A stretch of 64,000 nucleotides of DNA from Tubiluchus corallicola. Taxonomy: Eukaryota > Animalia > Priapulida. Within the stretch, counting starts at the first letter, position 1, and each line of letters starts with the position of its first letter. Positions 25,801 to 36,559 of the stretch are shown in pieces. The stretch lies in contig JAQGDQ010000079.1 of the NCBI GenBank assembly GCA_030141605.1, positions 186,001-250,000 of the forward strand. Reading direction: 5' to 3'. Made by a program: the position numbers and the translations under genes. Under the pieces are notes generated by a model, which did no database searches, was not told the origin of the DNA, and saw only the letters and a program-made list of their open reading frames with translations.

Positions 25801-28800
25801 GATCATAACGGCTCGCAGTTTAAATAATGACACTTATTTGTGGCCAGTGTCTCATGTCATTTAAATTAATATTCAGAACTTACAGGTAACCATATCATGA
25901 ATCGTCCAGCAAGAAAATATCCACTAATCGTTCCACGGTTAGAGCGAAACATTGACTGGAAATAAAATGCAAGATTATTTAATAATTAAGAATCATACAA
26001 CAAATACTTCATCAGTTTGATAAAAGATTACATCGATCATTTCATTCAGCAATCTTAGTTTGTATTTTAAATATCTATACCACTGAAACTGTGTACTATT
26101 CAGTCCTTTTACCAATACACACACTAAAACTTTTCAAACTATGCAGTTTGGCACACTGTACTCTCCTTTACAGCACATCACCAATAGTCAACATCAGAGC
26201 CTAATGGATAACTACTAAAATTAAATGGCTGTTGCAGAAATGGGATCTATCTTATTACTAAGGATAAGTCTAAGATAAGACATGGATTGGGAGAGATGTT
26301 TAACATCCTCCATCAACAATATAAGTATGTGGAGACAGTAAAATCACTCACAAGCAGGCACTTACTAATCATGCCTAACACTGCGTAATTTTGTGTCAGT
26401 GAAAACCGAAATAATTTATACATATGTGATTTAAGAAATACTGATGCAAAATTTTTTACTTTAACATTGAACCTTTTGCTTTTTAGTTGTTTTCAAATAC
26501 TACGGTTTGAAATAGTACGAAATGTCTAGGGATACCAACAAGAAATAGTATAGTACTCTCTATCATACAACAATTTGCAGACAACTCTTACTTATTCATT
26601 TACTTTACTTTAACAAGTACTTCTGCAAAAGATTGGTGATAGAAATGAAACAGTTTGAAAAAAATAAGTGTCGTTTGAAACATTGTTTTATGTTTGTAAG
26701 CTTGACTTTGACCAAATTATTGGTTTTCTTCATGACTGAAATCAGTGTTTTAAAATTTTTCCACATTGTTTCACCAGAACAGAAGAAATATGGCCTACAT
26801 TGTCTGCAAAAGAAAGAACCTGAGAAATATTAACTTGTCGCAATCCTTTTGAGTGTGTTTTTGACAAGTCACATCATCAGCAGGCAGCAGGGACAATAGA
26901 AGATCAAATAAAATTTCAAAGACAATAAATAATCCATTTAAAAAACTGCTTCACTAAAAGGTCATTTACAGATTGACTTGTAGAGCGCAGTAAGCAGACA
27001 CAGTGCCAGTGAAAACATAAAATTAGCTTAGAATGCTGTGTAAATACATAAAAGTACAAGTGGTTGTAGTCAGTGCGATGGTTTACAAGGCAATGAACTG
27101 GAACGAGTAAACAATTATAACTTGTAGGCCCTCATCAAGCTTCTTAGACAATTTGGAAACAAACCCCTTAACATATTACTATTTGCAATAGATTTTAATA
27201 ATGATGATGGTAATAATAATAATATTTTTACCAGTGACAATTCACTCATAACAAGTTGCTGACCAAAACTGACAAGTGTTTACATTTTGTTCTTAGTACA
27301 ATGAATTATTGATTTCAATCAGAATTCTGTACTTTTGTTTAGTTATTTATCTCGCTGTTGTTTTTTCACTTGCTTGCATATTTTTGTAGCATGGGTTTAT
27401 GGGTAGAGAAATGAAATTTGGTGTGATAGCAGACAGCCAAAATACAGGGAAACAAACAAAAAATGGGTCAGCCAAGTGACCAATTGTAAAAAGGAAGTAA
27501 ACTGTATGACAGACGTAGATTTTTTTTGCAAATTTATGCCAACAAAATTTGTCTTCTTCTCAAAGATCATTCTCAAAGATATCACTCTCAAAGCTAATGT
27601 TTTCTGATACTACCACAACTTTTATTTGCGAAATGATCTTAAAGAGGAACATCAGCAAATTTTGGAAAGAAAAATTCAAAAGCTTCACAGAAATGTTGTA
27701 CAAGTTAGCAGTCATCTTACATGCTTGTGTGGTCTGTGAGCTGTACATGTAAGGCAAGTAGGTAAAAAACAAATGTTTAACATGGCCAAGATAATGCCAC
27801 AAATCCAAAGACCCTGATCTCAGTGCATACATATAGCTTAGACAAATAATTATTTGACTACGTACTAGTACATGCAAACTGGTTTTTTGCCAACTTTACA
27901 AAATATATTACGTTCCTCATTGCTTGACAGAAGACCAACCATTAAATGGTTGCATCTAGTAGGTAGCCTAATATTTCAAGTATTACACATATTCCTACTC
28001 AACTCGTGAATTTCGCAGAAGTAAAATTAGATGTAGAGTCTGCAGGTGATATAAAATTTCAAAACAAGTTTTGAAGCTGCAACAAGTTCTAATATCAAAA
28101 TTAAGTGATCTGGCCTTTAAACTTTTCTGCCCGCTTTTGAGTGTTATGGGTCAATTATTCTGCAAAATGACTTACAGCAACAATGTCCAATTTATCTTGA
28201 TAATGTACAGGTACAGATTATGTAAACCCGCCTCAGACAAGCAAGCTAATCCAGTATATCTAGCTGCCATAAAACTGCTTTAGTTGTGTACTCTGTGCAT
28301 TTTGGATTGATTCCTGTTGATGGTCACCACAAGTAACCGTCAGACCTGTTTTCGAACTAACAGATCAAAGATGAAGGTGATTAACCTTCGATAAACTCCC
28401 ATGAACAAGAATAAGTATTTTGCTGAACCACGATGGGTACTAGGTGGTGACAGTGTGCTTTTACTGGCACCAGATAATTGACTTGGAACCAGTGTTCTAG
28501 ATAATATTTTACATACTATGCAAAGAGTTTTGCTTCCTAAAACTTTTTTGGAGAATGTAAAACCTTGGGAGCAATTCTCACTTTTCCAGTTTTTACTCAA
28601 TGTATTTACTTAACGTATTTCCTAAAATTAATACTGTCTTTTAATTATTATTATCTTTTTGACACGATTTAACTGCATTACAGAATCCTGATATAATAAT
28701 ACACCAAGATAAAGAACACGGACATCACCAAATTTCACATACATCTTATGTTTGGCAAAGAAAATGGCAATGAGTTTACAGATAGCATGATGTTCTCCGT

Positions 28801-31800
28801 TGTATTTATTAGATTTTGCAGCTCTTTATTACAGTTTGAAGGGCAAGATGTGCAGTGTTACGATTCTTTTGGCTGTTTCTCTTGAACTATGAGACTAAAT
28901 TTGATAGAAAAGTTTCGTTTATCTCAGCCTCTTCTTGCATCTGTTATGCTCAGCCTAAGCTTTTTTTAATTTTATATACACTCTTTTTATTATACTACTA
29001 TTTTAGCTGTTTTTATACTCCTAGCTTTAATTTCCACTGCACTTGTATTCGGAAATAACTTGCAACTAGACCGTGTTTACGACAAAGTCTTAAACTTAAG
29101 ATTCCACATTACGACCAAAACTGCAAGTGTTGACTGTGAAAAATCTTTGCTGACTTTATATTTGTTTCAAGATCATAATTTTGCAATTGCTGAATTCTCC
29201 GAGCTTGATTACCTAGGAAATGCATTTTATTGCAACCAGTTTCAACACTTTCGCCTATGTCACGTGACCAGACCATGCCTACTTTTCGAAAATTCCTTAG
29301 TGCATGTCTATGCTCGACTGCCTACCTGTATGTGCCATAATGTAATAGGCTTCTAGTCCAGACAAAGCCATTCTCCCTAGTTTTCACATTTTGCTACCTG
29401 CTGCTGTGACCTTTAACCCAGATGTCGCCATTCTTATATTGCTCTGTGGTAGCTACGTTAAGTGTTCACCCTGAAAGTTTCGTGATTCTGACTCCTATAC
29501 ATATGGAGTTATTGACCACATCCCATTTTAACACTTTTGCCCATGTCACGTGACCTGGCCACGCCCACTTTTCAAAAAATACTTAATGCGTATCTACACC
29601 CAGCCGCCTACCCACACATGCATAAACATTGACTCCTGGTCCAATACTGTAAGAGGTGTTGAGTGACAAAGACGTTTGCCCTAATTTTCACATTTGGCTA
29701 ATTCTCACATTTCACAATTTCCGAAAAATATCTAAGGCACACCTACCTCACAAGACCTAAACACCCGTGAAAAAAAATGAATTTAACTCAAAGCCTTATG
29801 AGGAGGTGAGCAACAAAGAAAAACTGACCACTGGCCAGTGTCCTTGGCCCTTTGACCCGCAATGACTGGTCACCATACCACTGCCTGTCCCCCACCGTCA
29901 CATGTCTACCCACCAAGTTTGGTGACTCTAGGTACCATCGTTGTGGAGTTATTCACCATCGTAGCAAAGAAATAATAATAAATGGTTGATTTCCAATAAG
30001 ATTCTGCTATATGCAGTATCTTAATTATGTAAATATGCAGCTTGTTAGCAGAACTGGCAAAAACTATTTAAATTAAGGTAGAATAATTTAATTACATTTA
30101 CAATAGTGCAATTACATTGCTTATTTGCCAACACCTTAACCATTTAAACACAACATTTTAAGCACTACCATTAAGAAAAGTAAGAAAGCTGCTAGCTGGT
30201 ACAAATTTATTATATTGCACTTTTCTGAGACATTTTAATTCGTCGATTTCTCCTTAAAAGAAAATGCATAATTATTAATAAAAACATTAAATTGCCAAGC
30301 TTTCAGACAAAATTATTCAGAGACAAGCTAAGTTAAGCGAGGAGACAACAACTAAGCAATGCTTGCAGTCGAAAATAATTACAACAGAAAGTTGATTCTG
30401 TGGTGTTTTTTCTGCATTACAGAGCTGGCAGGGTCAAGGGCCCCATGGCTTTTGAAAATGTGGGCCTAAGCTATGCTAAAGTAGGTATATAATAATGCCT
30501 ATATTATTAACTAAATGGGCTGCAATAGATTTTATACCTTTGCTATAAAATAGAAAAAAACACAACATTTAATTTTGTCCAGCAGATGAACTAATTAATC
30601 TGCTAGAAGGTATCCAGCTGTCAAAGTAAAAAAGCAAAACTTGCATGGCAAAAATCTTCCAAAGAAACCCATTAAAAGCCACAGAGTCTACCTGTTTGCA
30701 CTGCACCATTTAATCAGCTTATATCAGCATCTTTACCACTACTGGACTCCCCATTGACTACATTTCTGTTGTGAAACTACTAGTATCACACATGGTCTTG
30801 CAGATGCTCAAAGCACTGCAAATGAAACAAGTCTGCAAATGCTCATTATGTCTTTCTAAATAAATATTGTGTAAATTCTTTCAACTTAGAATGTTTCACT
30901 CTTAACTTTCTTGCGCCACTTGGGCTGTGCCATCATTTACTGCTATGTGCATCACAAAATAAACACTGAGCATCTGAAAACTGATTTTAGCACAAAAATG
31001 TTTCTTTTCTAGTCACATGCTACAGAGATCCAAGTCACCACTGCTGCTACAAAGCATCAAACTTTTGCCAACATAAAAAAATCAGCAGTGTCATGCAGCT
31101 AAAGCATAATAAATAGCATGTGCCATTGCAAATTCATTGGCAAAAGAAAAAATTATTATCAATAGTTAGCTAAAATATTTGTTTCTCAGTGTAAATGGAT
31201 TTATAAGTAAAACAGATTTTCCGTGCCCAAATTGTAAACAAGATGTCAGCTTAGGTAGCAAATACACATGACGTCGTAGACACTTTCAATGAATCAAAGC
31301 AGTGGAAAAGACAGAGCATAAATGGGAAATAATTATCTGGTTTGGCTATTGTAAGTTATGGCTTTCGACTGAAAAAGAATAAGCAAATTTTTACTATATG
31401 GCATTGCTAAACGCTAATTTTATGGTAAATTCAAAGTAATTGTAGAGGCACGGATTCATCCGTTTTTACAACATACCGGTAACTGATTTCTCTAACTGAT
31501 ACATAACACCCGTGTTGCTAACATTCGTACTGTAATATGCGCATATATATTAAAATAAGTTCTGTCTACAGTATATATATATATATATATATATAGGCAG
31601 TACTGTAAGATGCATTTAAAAAATATTTATTTACCATTATTAGTATCTTCGATTATCACACTTGTGCTAGAAATTTGTAATAACACCTGGTTGCTGGCAC
31701 ACTCGTACAGCACAATACTTATACATATTTTACCAAGTTTAAAATTTACTTACCAGCAAACCTACACCCAGCACCAAAATAAAATATGTTATAATAATAA

Positions 31801-31837
31801 CAATGTCCCATGCAGTAAGGACGCGGTTATTGGCCAT
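7672..31837 (-). CDS. SLC5A3: SLC5 sodium:solute symporter, sodium/myo-inositol cotransporter (SMIT1)-like; 17 coding exons per isoform, ~669-685 aa
   Basis: Exons (5'->3'): 31837-31754, 25955-25884, 25571-25467, 25153-25094, 24709-24605, 23609-23504, 21317-21237, 20981-20758, 19614-19479, 18560-18453, 17653-17503, [15264-15096 or 12982-12814], 11381-11154, 10893-10824, 10499-10452, 10345-10289, [9735-9482 or 7877-7672]. All are GT-AG and in frame. Motifs: [66 protein letters not shown]. Family is certain; SLC5A3 orthology is inferred from the SEHF and GQSVAS motifs. Confidence 0.9.
9482..9735 (-). CDS. SLC5A3: SLC5 alternative last coding exon, proximal copy
   Basis: ttgcag|AG AAA GTA; [74 protein letters not shown] second in-frame acceptor lies at 9756. 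Confidence 0.8.
10289..10345 (-). CDS. SLC5A3: SLC5 exon 16 (57 nt, loop before TM14)
   Basis: ttttag|[26 protein letters not shown]; donor A|gtaagt; phase 1-1. Confidence 0.75.
10452..10499 (-). CDS. SLC5A3: SLC5 exon 15 (48 nt)
   Basis: tttacag|[23 protein letters not shown]; donor G|gtagtt; phase 1-1. Confidence 0.7.
10824..10893 (-). CDS. SLC5A3: SLC5 exon 14
   Basis: [23 protein letters not shown]; GT-AG. Confidence 0.82.
11154..11381 (-). CDS. SLC5A3: SLC5 exon 13
   Basis: [43 protein letters not shown]. Confidence 0.9.
12814..12982 (-). CDS. SLC5A3: SLC5 exon 12B (mutually exclusive copy, 169 nt)
   Basis: tttcag|A ATG TTT; [56 protein letters not shown]; donor gtatgt; phase 2-0. 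Confidence 0.85.
15096..15264 (-). CDS. SLC5A3: SLC5 exon 12A (mutually exclusive copy, 169 nt)
   Basis: ttgcag|T GTA TTT; [56 protein letters not shown]; donor gtcagt; phase 2-0. Confidence 0.88.
17503..17653 (-). CDS. SLC5A3: SLC5 exon 11
   Basis: [50 protein letters not shown]. Confidence 0.9.
18453..18560 (-). CDS. SLC5A3: SLC5 exon 10
   Basis: [35 protein letters not shown]. Confidence 0.9.
19479..19614 (-). CDS. SLC5A3: SLC5 exon 9
   Basis: [45 protein letters not shown]. Confidence 0.9.
20758..20981 (-). CDS. SLC5A3: SLC5 exon 8
   Basis: [37 protein letters not shown]. Confidence 0.9.
21237..21317 (-). CDS. SLC5A3: SLC5 exon 7
   Basis: [27 protein letters not shown]. Confidence 0.9.
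23504..23609 (-). CDS. SLC5A3: SLC5 exon 6
   Basis: [35 protein letters not shown]. Confidence 0.9.
24605..24709 (-). CDS. SLC5A3: SLC5 exon 5
   Basis: [35 protein letters not shown]. Confidence 0.9.
25094..25153 (-). CDS. SLC5A3: SLC5 exon 4
   Basis: [20 protein letters not shown]. Confidence 0.9.
25467..25571 (-). CDS. SLC5A3: SLC5 exon 3
   Basis: [35 protein letters not shown]. Confidence 0.9.
25884..25955 (-). CDS. SLC5A3: SLC5 exon 2
   Basis: [24 protein letters not shown]. Confidence 0.9.
29240..30025 (-). mobile_element. Degenerate non-autonomous Helentron-like element with internal ~290-bp diverged repeats
   Basis: Block ATGTCACGTGACC..CCACGCCCACTTTTC..AAA recurs at ~29255 and ~29543. 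TGACCTTT/CTTTGACC and CAAGTTTGGTGACTCTAGG motifs are present. The terminus has a short hairpin next to an (AAT)n tract at ~29970-30025. Confidence 0.45.
31572..31595. repeat. (TA)n microsatellite
   Basis: About 12 TA units. Confidence 0.9.
31754..31837 (-). CDS. SLC5A3: SLC5 first coding exon
   Basis: [28 protein letters not shown]; donor gtaagt; contains the SSS N-terminal DIxxIxxYFxxVLxVG motif. Confidence 0.88.
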
Positions 31838-33586
31838 GCTAACGATTGTTTATAGTTTATTCGGTAGTTAAATTTCAAGCTGCAGCAAATCCGTATTATT
31901 TTCTGGCAATATGGAAGCTAGTCTATCACTGTGTTTTTGTCAAACTCCAAGTTTTTAATTCAATGCACAAAACTCTACACATCACACACGCAAACTGAAA
32001 TTAAATGAAGAATTTATATACACTATTAAATGCAACCGTGAGGTTATAGTTATTTCGGTTAAACTTTGACATTTGTAAACCGTTTTTCCGAGTTATCAAC
32101 TGCAAGCCTGCACTATATCACTAGTTCTCCTAACAATCGCTCATAGTAACATTTCATGACTGATCAGTAATCACTAAGCAGTAAGCACTGAACAACCACA
32201 AAATCCACAGTCAACCGTTGCGCTTCATTGATCACAACATCACAAGCAGCAGTAGTGCAAACCTTTCAGGTTCTAGAATCGTCTAGCGGAAGCATTGGCG
32301 GATGTTGAAGATGACAAACTTCTAATGCGTTCTAATTTCAAACTTTGCACACAGGCGGTTTATGTAGTATTTAACGTATATTGCTTTGCCAATGTACATT
32401 GTATGTATTGGTGCAAATAAAACTGAATTGAAATTATTGAATTGTTATGGACAATCAGACTCGTACGGGCGCTTTCCGCCGATCTGGCATTTACGGGAAA
32501 CTCTTTTTTTCGTTACACTCATGCAAAATGATGTATTTCTAAATAAAAACTGAAAAGTTGCATAAAAGACAGGTTCCACAGTTCAAAGCCCATTAGGAGC
32601 AAAATTATTTAATCCCAACTATGGCTGGGCCCATGCTCCAGACATCTGTAAAATGTAGATGACCGACAAACAAGACTAGGACTTAAGCGCGGCATAAATT
32701 ATAGACCCTATTGTAAGCTTTAATGATGTTGTTTGATTTTCCAAAATAATAGCAGCACACATTATTACTGACCATTTTCTCCAGTTTAGCACTATACGTA
32801 TATGGCTAACAATAATTAAAATAGTATTTGCAAGGTAAACAAGAAACCAAGTGTTCTACGTATATGCCATAGATAGTAATACGTATTACTATTTACTATG
32901 ATATCTTCGGGAAAAAAACGCATACAGCGTTAAAGGAAATACGTTTTTAAGAGGGCCAATGTTTATATTGTACGAATGTTTTACAGTTTTTTTGAAATTG
33001 AAGATAAAAAAATTCCATGTATAAATAGAATGGCATTTAGACATTCGTAGCTTCAGTGCAATCCTGTTAATAGACAGAAATCAACAATGAAAACATAACC
33101 ACTTGGTGAAGATAATTATCCTAATAATCAATGTATACCCACGTGCACCAGTTAAGAACTCTTTATGATGCAGTACAATAATTAGAATAATTTAGTTTAT
33201 TAATATGAAGCAGACAAATATCATGAAATCGAGTTCAATAATACAGAACTACCAGAACACTACATTGGATAATCAGAAGAAGCCAATTTTGCAGAAATGT
33301 CACACTGCTTCAAATATAACTAAAAATAATTTAAAATTAGAGCTCAACAATTTGTCCTGGGTTCAGCCTCAGATTGTTGCAAATTAAAAAGCACTTAAAT
33401 TCAGTTAAAACTGGTGTTTCACACATGTTTGTTTGCACGGAATCTAAGAAATCTGAATGATTGATTTCTGTAACACAGTGAGCAGTGCTCATAAGCTCTG
33501 GGAACAAAAAAGTGAAAAACAAGAATTGATTTAATCTAGCTTTAGCGTGCCAGAGTTTATGTGCAAATAAACACCATCTGGGTAAT

Positions 33587-34180
33587 ATTGTTGATAAAAA
33601 TAATGATAAAAAAATTAAGTATTATTAATAAATTCAAAATAAATATTTTTTAAATGTTCGAGCACACCAAACCAATGAAAGAAACGAAAAGTCTCAATCA
33701 ATGCTTTATTAAAGAATTTAAAAGAAAAACTGTGGTGGTCCATATTCACGAATTCCATAAAGAAAGTGTTGATAAAAATAATGAAGGGTTAATACTGTTG
33801 ATAAAATAATGATAAAAAATTAAGTATTATTAATAATTCAATTAAAGAATTTAAATGAAAAACTGTGGTGGTCCATATTCACGAATTCCATAAACAAAGT
33901 GTTGATAAAAATAATGATGGGTTAATACTGTTGATAAAAATAATGATGGGTTAATACTGTTGATAAAAATAATGATGGGTTAATACTGTTGATAAAAATA
34001 ATGATAAAAAATTAAGTATTATTAATAAATTCAACATATATATTTTTTAAATGTTTCAGCACACCGAACCAAGAAAGAAACGAAAAGACTCAATCAAACT
34101 AAAGACAGTTCGACCTTCTTTATTAAAGAATTTAAAACGAAAACTGTGGTCCATATTCACGAATTCATAAACAAAGTGTT
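33587..34180. repeat. Complex tandem duplication (3 related blocks) with nested 29-bp minisatellite
   Basis: AAAACTGTGG(TGG)TCCATATTCACGAATTC..AAAGTGTT occurs three times (~33730, ~33860, ~34141). TGTTGATAAAAATAATGATGGGTTAATAC occurs three times in tandem at ~33900-33990. Confidence 0.9.
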
Positions 34181-36466
34181 TATGAATTAGTACTGTATTT
34201 CTAATTAGGCATGCTGCTCACTGCTAGACGACAAAATATATCTATAAATGTAGTTATTTTAACATACTATTTTCAAAGCAACTCTTCATGACTCCAAGTA
34301 CATTTGCTTTTCACTGGTGTAACTTGCTGACAGCTTGTGAATAAACTCTCAGCATAGACAAATATAAATAGTAAATACCAATGACTATAGTACTTCGCTA
34401 TGTACAATGCATAAGTGCATAAGTTAATAATATCATAATATCAACCCTTACTTACATGGACCTGTATTTACAAGGTCTATAGCTAAAGCATCTTAACTAT
34501 AACTAGTTTCTTCTAATTAGTTAATTAGGTTAAAATGTGCAGTGACTGCAGTTTCTGAACAGTAAAGCTTACTAGTATATACTTATCTCAGAAATACATT
34601 TTAGATACAGTAGAGTAACATGCACCAGAAGTAGTTAAATGCATTATGGTCAAACACCTTTCGTAATGCTACCTGGTTTATAATAGCTAGTTTTGCCAAT
34701 TTTTTTTACAAAACATGACTACCAGGAAGTGTACACTATCTAGCTACATAAAGCATTGTCTTCAGCATATGTATAATGTACACATTAGCAGCCTATCACT
34801 CCATGTGCAAGGATTAACAAAATCATAAAATTTGCTCAATAAACAAAATAAAAGCTAGAAACAACATTTACATCTTTGCCTTCAGTAAAATGCAACAAAT
34901 GTGAACCAAAACTGTAAAAACGGCTACATAATTTGTGACTTTACACTTTTCATGTTTACTGTATCTTGCCTAAGAAACTATTGTCTACAACAATGGTGAT
35001 ATATATAAGCAACTCACTCTAATTTATACTAAAAAATGACTTTTGCCTGCCTTGTGCAAGAACTGTACATTTTTAAGTTACAAAATATTAAAACACTGCC
35101 CACATCAAAGTTTTTCGAGAAATTAGTAAAATTGAAAAACAATGGGGCTAGCCTAAACATCAATCTATATGTAAGCTTTTTTTAATGATTATTGACTAAG
35201 GCTTCCCATCGTTTGATAATAAATAAATAACAAAGAGGGAAATCTTTCAATGTCTGCATGGCAATTAAACTAACTTTTAGAAAAGACAGCATTAACAAGC
35301 CCTAAAGTTGCCTCATACAGGGAAAGACATTGTCATTGATTGTAAATAAAGGTGGTTTGGCTGGTATCAACTGGTGACTGTTTCCCAGACATGCAATTTA
35401 AGATATTGCAGCAAATATGCGATATTTAACCAATATTTTCGTAAAAAAGTAACTGACTTCAATTAGAATTAAATTATCAAATTAAAATAGTGTAATAAAA
35501 ATGTCAAATGTTGCTATTTTTTCAATTGCTTCAAAGTCAGAATAAAGCTTGTGATTACAATATATAGTACAATATATACCTACACCTTGCCTCTTGAAAC
35601 TTACAGATTAATTCAAAGTCAACTTACCAGCATGCAGTATTATGTTGTACATCTTTAGAGTAGCTACCAGGCTATGAGTCATCAGTATCACACACAAATG
35701 AAGAGGACAGAATAGGCTGTTGGTGGCAGTTCAAACTCTTGAAGGCAATTTGAAAGTAACCACAGGAAAAATGCCCCTTTTTTCAAGGCTATCATAAACT
35801 TATACAGCCAAATATTTCTCGGAAAGAGAAAATTATAGTGTAATAGTGTCCACCTTAACAGTGTTAACAGGACAATATGTTGAAAATGCAAGATATGCGA
35901 CTGTTTAGCAATTGTTCACTAATTTACACACTCAGCTGAGCACGGTTCACCAGTCACAACCAGTCAATCTACCAAAACAAACTGATGACTTTCCCTGGAG
36001 ACAAGGAAACCAAGGACCGACACTGTAGCCTACTAGACCCTGAAGCTGCTTGTGTTTTCTTTCAATTTTGCTACCAAGTCAGATTATATGGTTGCTAGCT
36101 GGCTCAAGCTGCAAGATGATGGTAGACTGATGCTTCAGTATTAAAATGACTTAAAAAGGTTCATTTCTACAAGCCACAATGCTGTATTTAACAGACTAGT
36201 GTGGCTTATGTCATGTATATTAGCTGGGCGCCTCATGACAGTGACTTCAGGGTCTTGCCCCAACATCTAGGTAAAAAGCAGTTCTTTTTTGAAAAATGAA
36301 GCACATAGTTCATATATTTGAGAGAAGGTGATCATACAGTACTTGGGAAATAACAAAGTGCCAACTGTCTTATACTATGGAAATTATTATCACAAAAAAT
36401 GTGGCAGCTTCATTAAACATGAATTACGATAAGCATACAAAATTACCACATATGGTAGAAGTACTG

Positions 36467-36559
36467 TTATTGTATACAACCCTGTATCTTATCTATCCAC
36501 TCTTGTGCAGAGTGTTGATCATGAGCCACAAAGTTGTAGTCTCGTTTTTTGGTCCTCAG
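36467..36559 (-). CDS. SBF2: Sbf last exon (end of PH domain)
   Basis: [30 protein letters not shown]. Confidence 0.9.
   Translation of the reverse strand: MRTKKRDYNFVAHDQHSAQEWIDKIQGCIQ

Noticed and set aside
33587-34180. CRISPR-like appearance of 29-bp repeats
   Set aside because: Repeats are directly adjacent without unique spacers, there are no cas genes, and the context is eukaryotic.
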